DNA from: Atractiella rhizophila
Lineage: Eukaryota
DNA: 35,486 nucleotides
Assembly (NCBI GenBank): GCA_021432655.1
Contig: MU271650.1
Location: forward strand, 1-35,486
Reading direction: 5' to 3'
Shown: in pieces, positions 12,001 through 22,772 of the stretch
Numbering within the stretch: the first letter of the stretch is position 1
How the letters are laid out: each line of letters opens with the position of its first letter
The notes under the pieces: generated by a model
Told to the model about the DNA's origin: nothing
Database searches by the model: none
The model's input: the letters and a program-made list of their open reading frames with translations, nothing else
Program-made: the position numbers and the translations under genes

Positions 12001-13258
12001 GGCGAACATGAGCCTAAATACCTTACATATTCGCCAACACTCACAGCCTACGTCGTTCTCTGCTATAGGACTCGCCTAGATCGTGAATCCGGAGATGAGA
12101 TTCGAACCAGTTCCATCCGGTTAATTGATGCTATTACGTTCGAAGGTCCGTCTGCCTCGCCAGAATTCCTGCGCCGCACTAACAGCTTTACAGAGAAATG
12201 GAGTCATGACCTCGACGTTGATGAACTCGGACGATCAATTGAGCTAACTCGTAATAGCATCGGAGAAGAAGTCGTTGTTGTTGGAACGCAAATGAATTGC
12301 TCCATGGCAGGTGAAGGCAAAGCTGGAAGGATACGAGGTTTTACAGTGACTGAAGAAAGGACTTTGGTGCCGATGGAGAGTGTGAAGGTAAACGGGGCTG
12401 TTTTCGCCCTTGCTGCTTTGAGAGACGGATACTTTGCGGCAGGCGTCAACTCACGGGTACAATCTTGCTCCATCAACTATTCCCTGGCTGAATGGGTGAG
12501 CTCAGGTCGTGATTTTCTCGACAAAAGGTAGTGCCATTCCAGAAAAGGTCTCTTCCTGGGGCGGAGCAATCCTCTGCATTTCCCTATCCTCGCTACCCGA
12601 CTCCAACTCCGTCCTCGTTGGGGACGCTTTCCGTTCACTCATTCTCCTCGACTTCAACCCTGAAACCAAAAAGCTCGAAGAAGTAGCGCGGGACGTCCAG
12701 TGCAATATGACGACGAGCGCCGACATGTTGAATGAGGATACCTTCGTGGGAACAGAAGCCGACCTGAACATCTTCACGGTTCAGAAGCCGGAGATGAAAG
12801 AGGGGAAGAATGAACTCATGGACGACAATCTGATGCCTAGAGGCGCATATCACCTAGGCGAGATGGTCAATAGAATCAGAAAAGGCACGATGGTTCCTCA
12901 GTTTGGCGATCGATCAAAATACAACTCCTTGCTGTACGCCACCTCCGTTGGCTCGATCGGTGTGATCGTCGACCTTGACGAGGAGGCTTCTCGCATTTTG
13001 TCAACTCTAGAAAGGAACATGCAAAATGTCCTACCCACAACAGGGAATCTCAGCGTGAAAGAGTTCCGTACATTCCGACAGGATGCGCGCACGCTCGAGC
13101 CCATCGGGTTTATCGATGGGGACTTGGTGGAAAGGTTTACTCAGCTTTCGGAAGAGGACGTTCGAAAGGTCATGGAGGGAGCGACAGAGCACGAAAGACT
13201 GCTCGAAAGCAAGGAGGAAATCATGACCTTGATAGAGGAAATGATTAGGTTGCACTGA
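9081..13258 (+). CDS. DDB1: DNA damage-binding protein 1 (CUL4 adaptor; three beta-propellers, CPSF-A family)
   Basis: N-terminus MHYLAHTQSCSSVEQAIKCDF..LEFHALEPTGLKLL..IYGQI; internal YLFVGSHFSDSQLV, NLGPIYDF, VTCSGGFGQGSLRIVRQGVG, GKFDQLEKLHVRTVSLGE, GAYHLGEMVNRIRKG; C-terminus GFIDGDLVERF..IEEMIRLH*. Confidence 0.95.
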
Positions 13259-13337
13259 TGGCATTGTAATATATCAAATAAAACAACACAGATGTAACAA
13301 CAGAGTAAACTGCATAGACCGCTCAATGTGCAGTGTG

Positions 13338-15416
13338 CTACAGTCCCCCAGGCACGTTGCTAATAAAATTGTCCATTTTAGGAAAAGGATTGTCCTTACT
13401 CAACACCATGAGCTGATGAGGGTGGGAGAGGTATCCTTTGATGAGACCCTGTGCGCGACTTCAATAAAAATAGAATGAAAGGACGTAAGAACAAAGGCAA
13501 ACCTGACGGATCATGTTAGCAAGAACACATTCGACCTCATCTGCGTCCATGTCCGGGCTGTTCACTTCCCGAAAGACGTCAAGGATGATGTCCAATCGTT
13601 GGCGGCTATCTCTATTGTTTACAATCCAGATCTTCTTGACCAGTCGTCTGACAACGGCTTGTCTCGCAACCATGACCAAGAGAAGAGTACCACGAGCACC
13701 CAGTCTCGCACGACCTCTTTCCAGCGCTTGATCCCACGCAGCCGGATTTCCCTGCTTGTACGCTTCCACAAAAGGCTCATACAAGATCTTTAACCGATGA
13801 AAACTCTTGAGGAGGTTCTTCGATGGCAAAGAGCCACGGAGAAGTCGAAGGGGTATTAACAAGTCGAGAATCAGCTCTCGATTTCGGATCGAACGTCGAT
13901 GACAAAGAACGAATGATAGCGAAAGTTCGCGCTCTGCAGTCGCAAAATCTTCCTTCAAAAAAGCGATCAGACCCATGTAATAAAGGTAAGTGACTTTGTC
14001 AGCTTTTGGGCAAGTGTGCTGAAGAACCGGGGCGATGTCGGCAGCTGCTATTGTCGCGCTTATATTCTTGAAAAGATGTAAAGTATCCATCTGCGACGCA
14101 AGCATGAACTCAGGCTCATCTTTCCTTGAGAAGGAACGGACCTTGTGATACATTTTGATAAGGAGGTTAGCAAAGAAATAGCATTCTGTACTCTTTGGTA
14201 AGTCACTAGTTACCTGTGTCCTGCATCGATAGTTTGAGAATGATGCATATTCAGAGGGGCAGACAACTTGCCGATCGTTAGTACAAAGGTTGAAGACTTT
14301 GCTAATGATTCTCGATGCTTCAGTGGTTTTGGGCCACCGAGGCTCCTCTGGGTCATAATTCCCATTTTCCAACGCACAAGAATAGGAGAAATCATCCGTC
14401 TACATCATAGAAGCTTAGGCTGTGATCCCTTGTGGAGGCAGAAAAGTACTTCGATCGATATCCTCTTAAAGTCCGAGCAAACGGTCTTGAGGAGTGGTAG
14501 TGTCCACGAAGTCGAGCGCGAAGAAGTCTGCAAGTATCGCAAAAGTGCACTGCAAGTCTCGTCAGCTACTTCTTCCTCCGTTTCTTGCCCATCAAGAGCT
14601 TCGGAATCGCAAACAAAGAGCATCTCCCAGATCGGCTCTAGTAGACTTTTACTTGTCCGGGTGCAACACTCCTGTACTAAAGCTTGATATACTTTATCGC
14701 TTGACGAAAATCGTAGAACCGTCTCCAGTAAAGTTCAAGTGCTGTCAACTCATGGGGGGAGATGACACTTTCAAGGCAAAGCCACCTGAAGTAGGGATGA
14801 AGGCACACAGCATTTCTACTTGCAGACAGAGTCTTCCCAAGATCGTGGGATGAAGACGACACCAGTTATGAAGTGTAGAAACAAATGTCAGACGCGTCTC
14901 TGTCCTCCACCAGCCTTTTATGCTTTCTTGCGGCTGGAAAGGGAGATGGTTTGGTTGAATCAAAATAGGTGTGCACTTCTAGCCAGTCGCGATGTCTGTT
15001 AATGAGTTCTTCCGTCTGATTCTCACGGCACGTCCTGTTGCGTTTTCAAATGCCCATAGCTTGCCATCTAGAGGCACTCGTTTACTAATGTAACCCAACA
15101 GAATCCCAGAACAGCTACACAAAGGACGGATGAAGAGAACAAAGAATGAGACATACTTAACAACTCCCCTCTGTCCATTCCAAGCTTCTTCCTTCCACCT
15201 TTCCCTCTCCCTATCCCCCATCGCATCCTCTCCCTCCTTCAAAGCACTCATACACTTTGCGTGCTCCTCCGCCATCTCGTACCACGGCTTCTGGAGCTTC
15301 GCAAACTCGTATTGGTTCAGGTTCGATCGCGAGGGCGGGTAGAGGGAGAAGAGGGAGGCTAGTTGGGTGCCGGAGTTGATTCGGACGGAGGAGAGGAGAT
15401 GGGTGACGAAGGACAT
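13338..15416 (-). CDS. PCI-domain protein of the PCID2/Thp1/Csn12 family (TREX-2-type subunit)
   Basis: FNLCTNDR..CYFFANLLIKMY, VTYLYYMGLIAFLKEDF..AERELSLSF..CHRRSIRNRELIL..LIP, and winged helix [38 protein letters not shown]. Stop TAG at 13338-13340. Thp1 vs Csn12 orthology cannot be settled by eye. Confidence 0.9.
14550..15156 (-). other. Unusually long (607 nt) first intron of the PCID2/Thp1-like gene
   Basis: Donor GTATGT at 15156, branch GCTGAC at 14566-14561, acceptor CAG at 14552-14550. Splicing restores the frame (..GVVN-ALLRYLQ..). Other introns parsed in the window are about 45-120 nt. Confidence 0.75.
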
Positions 15417-15619
15417 GTTGGACTATTTGTCTTCTCTGTCTTCTCTAAGCAATGGTCGTTGGGGTGTTGCAGCCTGCTGTTGAGGGGGGAGATGATGAAC
15501 GATGAAGCCAATTGCTTTGATCACCTTTTATTTCTTCTTCTCTTTCGTACGCTATTCGTCTGACTTGCCCAACGCCTGAACTGCAGCACTGTCGCCAGCG
15601 AACCCACCAATAGACACCA
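15417..15619. promoter_or_regulatory. Putative bidirectional promoter between the PCID2/Thp1-like gene and SAC3
   Basis: Only 203 bp separate the divergent start codons (15416 on -, 15620 on +). Central T-rich tract at 15514-15545. Confidence 0.7.
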
Positions 15620-18600
15620 ATGTCCAGCGCACGCGGCGCAGGAGCCGAGCGTGGTCGGGGGCGAGGGCGAGGGCGGGGGTCGATGAACAAGAGTTGGCGA
15701 AGGGACGGACTGGCGAGCTCGGGGTTCCCTCCAGGTGCGAACCAGATGTCTGCGATTGAAGAGTACGGGCACGAGGAGTGGCACGAGGAGGAGCCCGTTC
15801 AAGAGCTCATCGTTCCCTTGGACGACACTACCAGTCCGTCCTCGCCGGAAGAACTCCCTCTCGCAGCACCTCCGCAAGCACCGGGCCAAGCAGCAGCAGC
15901 GTCGACGATGAATGGGGCAGGCTCGACTGGGCTACGGAATGGAAATGAAAATGGGGAAGGGGAGGGAGAGAGGAAGAGAGAGCCCTCCGGTGGACGTGCA
16001 GGGAGAGGAGGAGCGATGGGCATAGGTCACTTCCTCGCCAAATCCTTCGCGTCATCACTTCGCCCGTCCACCCTTCCACCCGCTTCCGCTCCATCTGCTG
16101 TAGCTCCAGCTCCTAATTCGAACGCGGGTATGGCGAGTGCGCTAAAACCGACGGCGGCTGTTTTTCAACCGAAAAGTTCCTCCGACAACCCAACACCATC
16201 ATTGGGCAGTGGCAATGGAACAGGAGAAAATGTAGGGACTGGAGTGTGGAGAGCAAGGGGAAGAGGTGCAGGTGTCGGTGGGACGGGAAGAGGGCGGGGA
16301 GGAGAGACGGGAAGTGGGAGGGGAAGAGGATCTACAGCATTTGGGCAATCTCAACAACCTACAGCTTCAGCCTTCCCTCCTCTATCCGTGCCCCAAACCC
16401 AGCCTGTACAGGGACAAGGGTTCAAGATCGCCGGTCTATCCTCTGCGCAACCTGCTCCAGCTCCATCCACAAGCAATGTCACAGCTCCAAGCGCGTTCAA
16501 GCGACCCTTTGCTCCCGCTCCATCTCCTCCACAGTCCCCTCCTCAACGACAACAAATACATCAACATCCGACAAACTTGAATTCAATGGAGAAGGAGAAG
16601 TACGCCACGCCTCAACGCAGAGGTAATAGGAGCAGGAGCGGAAGTCCAGCGATTGCGCGCAGTCCGGGGGACGTGGAGGAGTTGATGACGGGAGATGAAA
16701 GTGAGAGGAGAAAGAAGAGGTTCGGCGCTAATGGAGGGGCTGTTGGTGGGGGAGGAGCGGTAGTCTCTTTCGGAGCTACAAGTGGAGCGGAAGGGGGAAT
16801 CAATGTCCAGAATCGATACCTTGAGGCTCGTTTTTACTTTTTTTCATTCGACATGACAGCTCATTCATTGATGGTCTTGGTATGCGTGCAGATGAAGGCT
16901 GCTAGGGGGGATATTAGGAAATCATACATCAAAAGGGGTCTCATCCCGGACCCTGACAAACCTATGCGGTTGGATCAGGCCATCGATGTCGTGCCGGAGT
17001 GTATGACGATGTGTCCGGAATTCGAGGTGGAAGAGAGGGAGTATCAAGGTGCTGGGGATCTCATGTGGGAATGCGTTCGTCTCCCTTCCACCCATATACA
17101 GTACTAGCGCTGATGTGCTGGCGTTGTCGGGATAGTATCCAGGGACGCAAAAGATGGACCGAAGCAAAGCGGTCAAAGCCTTCCATCGTCCAGCAGCAGG
17201 GAATGAAGCGCCACTACCGATCGACATCCGTCCACCTGCGGTCTTGAAGTCCACGCTTGACTACCTCTTCCACGTGATACTCGCCCAAGATCCAGAGATG
17301 GATCGTTCGCACAATTTCGTCCGCGATCGCACCCGCGCCATCCGACAGGACTTTACCATCCTGAGGGACGCGGGATTGGTCGCTCAGGAATGCTTTGAGA
17401 GGATCGCGAGGTATCATATTGTGATTTTGCATAGGAGGAGAGGGAAGGAAGGGTTCGAGGAACATATCGAGTTGGAACAGTTGAGGAAAGGTTTGTTTGT
17501 TTTCCCTACCGAGATGAGTAGGTTGATGGAATTGGTCCATGGATGGACAGTGTTACAGAGCTTGATGCAGTTCTATGACGACGCGAGGAAGCTTTCTCTT
17601 CCCATCTCACCAAACGAACCCGAATTCCGAGCGTACCATCTCATTGTGCACATCCGTTCCTCAAAGGAGATCCGACAGACAGAATCCCTTCCCAAGTCTG
17701 TCCTCGACCATCCCACTCTCAAGGATGCTCTTGTGTATCATAAACTAGTACAGACGACAAATGAGACAAGGGGAGAGAGGGGAAGGCAACCTGCCAACTC
17801 GGAGGCAAGCGTGAACGGCTTCAGTCGGTTTTTGAGACGCATCAGGAGGGAGCAAACGGGGTTCTTGATGGCTTGTCTACTCGAGATTCACTTTGACGTG
17901 CGTCTTCCCTATTTTTTTTATAGGTAGTTGTTGAGGTTGATGATGGGTGGGAGTAGGATGTGAGAAGAGCTGGGATGAAGAGCCTTAAGAGAAGCTACAT
18001 GGAGAATCACAAGTATCTTGATTTGGGGTATCTCGTCAATATCCTCGCCTTCGACGATACGGAGCACGCGAAGGCTTTCTTCGAGTTTCATGGACTTAAT
18101 GTTGTGATGGTGGATGGGAAGGAATTCGTCGAGGTACACAGGAAGGTCCAATGGATTGGTTCGTCCCCCCTCTTATTCGCGCCTCGGATGTTGACCAGAG
18201 TGCAATAGACAACCCTACGAAGACGTCAACCATCGGAGCGAGAGGAACGAAGAGGATCATCGATCCCAAGAAGGGTGGGAGGAGTTGGAGTGACATTCTC
18301 GACTATGGAACACCAGGCCTCGCTGCCCCTGTTCCCATCAACGCATTTGAGAATCAAGAGAAGGCGTCGCCGCCGAAAATGGCCAGGAAGCCTTCAATCG
18401 TAACCACTCCTGCACCGAAGCGGAAGGCAAGTCTGAAAGCGACACCCATCGCCCATGCCGCTCCGCTACCTCCTATCCTCAGTTCTCCCTATCCTCAAGC
18501 ACCACCTCAGTTGGGATCGATATTCGGGAGAACCATCCCTCCTGCCACCGTTGCTCCAACATCCGCTATCCCTTTTGGGAAGACGGCTGCACCATCAGTG

Positions 18601-21005
18601 CCCATAAAGATATCTACACCTGGACCTTCCATCTTTGGCCGTGAGTCTGAACCCCCTTCTTATGCACCTACACCTCCGTCGATACCACAAACCCCAAAAC
18701 TGGCAGAAGAGAAGAAAGCGCCATTCGCCTCCCCCTTTGCTCCCATTGTTTCAGCACCAGTATCTTCGTCAGCACCGTCGACCTCCGCTGTGTCCATCGA
18801 GAAACATATCCCCTCTAAACCTGCCGCTCCCATACAAGCAAAGCGGCTCGATGAAGGGCTTGTGGAGTTCTTGGTTCGAGGCTGTGTTGATCGAATCGTA
18901 ACGCATACCCTGGAACGACCAATCGAGTTCGCTGCTGATGAAGCGATGGTGGAATATAATACTAGAAAGGACGAAATAGCGTCAGCTAAGGCGGAGCAGA
19001 GAGCTGCAGTCATCTCTAACATGTTAGTAGACCTCCTTGTGAACGAGGCAGCACTTAAGTTGGAGAGGGATCTGCGGTTGCGAGGGACGGCGTGGCGGCG
19101 GTGGAAGGGAAAAAGAAGTGAGAGGAGGAGGAGGAGGGAGGAGACGGTAGAGCAGTTGGAAAAGTTCAGAAAGGATGTTGAGGGGTTGGGGAGCTCGCAG
19201 AGCAGACGGCAGATGACGGAGGGACGGATAGCAGGGAACATTGGAGAGAGAAGAAGGTGGAAAGGGAAAGAACGGGAGGTTGAAGAGGATGGGATGGAAG
19301 AGTTACTCAGAGAGGTGGGCGATATTCCTCTTACCGGACCTTTCGAGGCCCTTTCGATTCGCGATTCCTAACGACCCTCTCTCTGTTTGTGTTGTCCCGC
19401 TCCTCCTCTCTCGACCTTGCACAAGATAGGCACAGACCCTCCGCGATCAGATTTGGACGAAATCAACTTTCTATTACCTCACCGCTAAATGGGTCAATTT
19501 CCTTTGCCAGAAATGGAGACCCAGCCAGATTCCTCGTTGGAAAGTTGTCATCCTTTCCATGAGCTCCAACAGTCCTACTTCAGCTTGGTTCAGCTGTAAA
19601 TTCGCCATTCCCCCCTTCTCCAGCTTCCAAAACGTTACTATTGAGGTGGAAAGCGTCGAAAGCATATTAGAGGTCGACGATAGAGATCGAATTGGACTTG
19701 TAATCTTCGACTGCACTAGCAGCGAACACGAGAGCAACAATCCGTACGTCCTTGTTAGGCAATACAGCTCAACTGACATCGTTCCATAGGTCATTTTGGG
19801 AAGAAGCGAGGCACAAGTTGCACGAGGCTGCGGAAGCGCTTGCAATCGAAACAACTTATTGTCCAAGTTTGTTGGTAGCTTCTTGTGTTCCTCAGCGAGG
19901 AGAATCGGTCACTCTTATGGAGAGACAGGTAATTCTTTAATCACTTTGTATGTGCGCTAATTGACCTAATCGTTGGCGCAGATTGTGGAAAATCTCGGTA
20001 TGCAGCGTCCTCAGGACATTTGGGCGACCCATATTGTCCGCTTGTTGCCCGTCCAAGACTCCGAACCCATCTTCGCGACCGATATCACGATACTATTGCC
20101 CGAAATCCAGTTCAGGTCTAACCAGAAAGTGGTATCGGCTGCCGATTTCATCGTGCCTTTCTTGAACTTGTGGAAGACAGCGCTGTCGACATCCAGCGAT
20201 GTCGTCCGCAATTCTCGTTCGTCCCATGTTTGTAGATCTGGGAGCGGACGCTGAATGTCCCATACAGAACACTCCGCAATTGCAGCCCTCGTCCTCCACT
20301 TGTTTATGTCTTCACTCCTCCACCTTGCGGACCTGGTCAGTCGATCTGTAGTGAGAGATCTTGGGAAATCATTCAGAGCATCCGGCGCCGCGCTACCAGC
20401 TCTTTCAATATCTCCAGGGTACGGTCTTCGCTTCTTTTCGTCAACCCTGTTGGCTAACAGAACATGATCAGCTCGTCCATCGGAGCACAAATTCTCAGCT
20501 ATCTCGAACAGCCAGCGTTCAACGTCGAGAACGAGAACGGTAGTTACGGCAACGAAAAGCAAAAGCGTGACTTCGAAAGAAATCAAGCCGATTTACAGAG
20601 TCTGAAAAGCGCGATCACAGATATGGAGTCGGAATGTTGGTATTTTTTGTTTGATTTACTTCAGCTTGGCTGAAACCCCGCTCCCTTCTAGTTCAAGTGA
20701 TCCTCGCCTTTCTCGACTTTTTGCCCAGTTATCTGCATCCCAAGCTCGTCCTCATACGGGTCCTCCAACCATTGTCAGAACGCTCCCAGCTTTTGCGTGC
20801 ATTCCAACAAAGGCTCGAACAAGATGTAAAGGCAATTCAAGTGAAGTTTTCGGATCTGGAAAAGGAGAGTGAACTGAAGAAGACTAAGAAGCGGAAGGAG
20901 TTGGAGAGCAAGGAAAAGGTACAGAGCCCCAATAAGAAGATAAAATTGGAGGATTTGATGAGGGAAATGAGGGAGGCGAGGGAGAAATACCTTCTTGTTA
21001 CCTAG
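15620..21005 (+). CDS. SAC3: Sac3/GANP family mRNA export scaffold (TREX-2), multi-exon
   Basis: GLIPDPDKPMRLDQAIDVVPECMTMCPEFE..ERE, AVKAFHRPAAGNEAPLPIDIRPPAVLKSTLDYL, HNFVRDRTRAIRQDF, ERIARYHI, PNEPEFRAY (SAC3/GANP core). Also an RG-rich N-terminus, a Pro-rich linker, and a CID-like helix ending AWRRWK. The downstream exons to 21005 were joined by inferred splicing. Confidence 0.92.
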
Positions 21006-21198
21006 TCATGCAGCACTAAGGTTTTCGGATTTCTCGTGAGCATCCAGCCATTCGATTATTGTTTGCATTGCATTCTGTTTTCGTTAGCAGAAGTTACAGG
21101 AGTTAAAATGTACAAGGATCCGCATATCACAAATCAACTGCACCGTGTATCGAGAAAAAGAGGACCTCGAGATGTCCAGAAATTAAAACGGATAATTC

Positions 21199-22590
21199 CT
21201 ATGCAATGACACAGCTATCTTTCTTTGTCTTCCCCTTGTCCTCCTTAACAGGTGGCTTCTCCTGTGCTTCAGATATCTTTTCCAGCAGCTCTGCCTCCTT
21301 CTTTGCCTCCTGTGTACTGTGCCTCTGCAAAGCTTCCGCGTCGACTTCGTGGACGCTATTTTGTTGCTTAGGAGCTGTTCCTGCTGAAGGTTGGGCTGCT
21401 TCGAGACCCTCTTCTGTTACTTCGATGATGTCTTTGGCTAATTCAGCGTCGATACCGGAGACGATTTTAGCGAGTGCCAGAGAGGCGAGACGAATGATGG
21501 CTTCAGGGTAGGGAACGCCTGTGGAGGGTAAAGAGTCAACGTCAAACCAAAATAAATGAAAGGCAGAGCATACCTTGTGACCGAGCGAATTTTGTTACGC
21601 CTGAGAAAAAGGTATAAGCTCTTGTATTTAAAACACCAAGATTCGTACCAGTTATGACGATTGGGTTCTTGAGTCCCTTGTCTGCAAGAACAATGACATC
21701 CTTTGAATTTTTCATGATGCTCCTCTTTAACGCCGGAGAATTCGTGTTGATCTGATCTCTTACTTTCTCGATTGACGATGTAACGAGTACAATGGCATCG
21801 TTCGAAGCCGCCTTGAGAAGCTCAGCAACGCGTTGAGATTCGTGGTTTGTACTTTTGAACTTCTCGTCAAGAATGATGATGACGTCGGAGCTGTTTTCAT
21901 GTATAGAGCCATGTTAGCACTATGAAAGAAAGTAAGAAAGACAAACGTTGATGTTGCAAGCTCTTTCCGAAGCTCTTCAGCCATCTCGAGAAGCTCCTTG
22001 CTTCCCTTCTTGAATTGAGTGCCTACTTTCTGTCAACAAAGAGTCAGTGTCAGACTCTTCATGTCAACGCAGTATGGCAGCAGATTCCGTCCTACTCTCT
22101 CCAGCTTTGACAGAAACAGTGGAGTGCGGACTCGTCTGCGAAGTACAATGCCGACATAGTTAGGTTGTGCGCTGAAGCTCATCCATCAAAGGGCGATGAC
22201 CAACGCGTTGAAGTTCTAATTGAATGTGAACTTCCATGGAGACGTCCAGCCTTCTCATGTAAAGAACGCCGGTTCACAAGCAAAGTGCTACCCGACAAGC
22301 GGAATAGATAAAGCACCACTCACCTGCCCAGGCAGTATCGCCTCCCCTAGCAGCCACACCGGGCTCATTCCCACCCACGTCTTCCCATAAGACGTGAGAA
22401 ACTTTTTGCCCGTGTCTACGTTTTTCTGAGAAAACATCCTCGACAATCTATTTCCCCCTGTTGACGTCGATTTCGACTTTGGTGTGTCGGGAACTGGGCC
22501 ATCTTTCGTGGTGGGAAGAGACGCTGGGTGAGCAGTTTTGTCGTCGCTCGTAGGGGAGGTACCTTGGGCTGCTGGGTGTGGAGTGGCCAT
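21199..22590 (-). CDS. Hypothetical multi-exon protein with polybasic CaaX C-terminus
   Basis: The first exon starts MATPHPAAQG. The last exon (about 21519-21199) is an open frame ending KEDKGKTKKDSCVIA*. Internal splice sites are visible but the middle exons were not fully resolved. Confidence 0.6.
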
Positions 22591-22772
22591 CGTGAACTAG
22601 TTGTGGACGACGTGAGAGGTTGTGTGGTCGTTCTTTGAGGTTGTTTTTGGATTGAGAGTCTATGACGTCGCAAGAAAAATAAGGTTTTGCTATTGTTGGG
22701 CACGAATGCTCATCAACTTGCACGTCCACCAAGAAGGCTGCACGCGTGCTTCTTCTTGCAAATCTCGTCATA

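Noticed and set aside
14946..14952. AAACCAU (snR30/U17 m2 motif) in the long intron, whose size is similar to yeast snR30
   Set aside because: No AUAUUCCUA m1 motif upstream and no ACA box about 7 nt downstream.
14550..15156. TPP riboswitch, spliceosomal snRNA, C/D snoRNA or telomerase RNA in the long intron
   Set aside because: No CUGAGA/GAUAAU-type TPP core, no U1/U2/U6 signature, no RUGAUGA C box and no CCCTAACCC-type template found by eye.
9081..15416. DDB1 next to a 'Csn12'-like gene as a CUL4/COP9 signalosome cluster
   Set aside because: The PCID2/Csn12 family is not a core CSN subunit outside budding yeast, and the genes are convergent. The Sac3 partnership explains the locus better.
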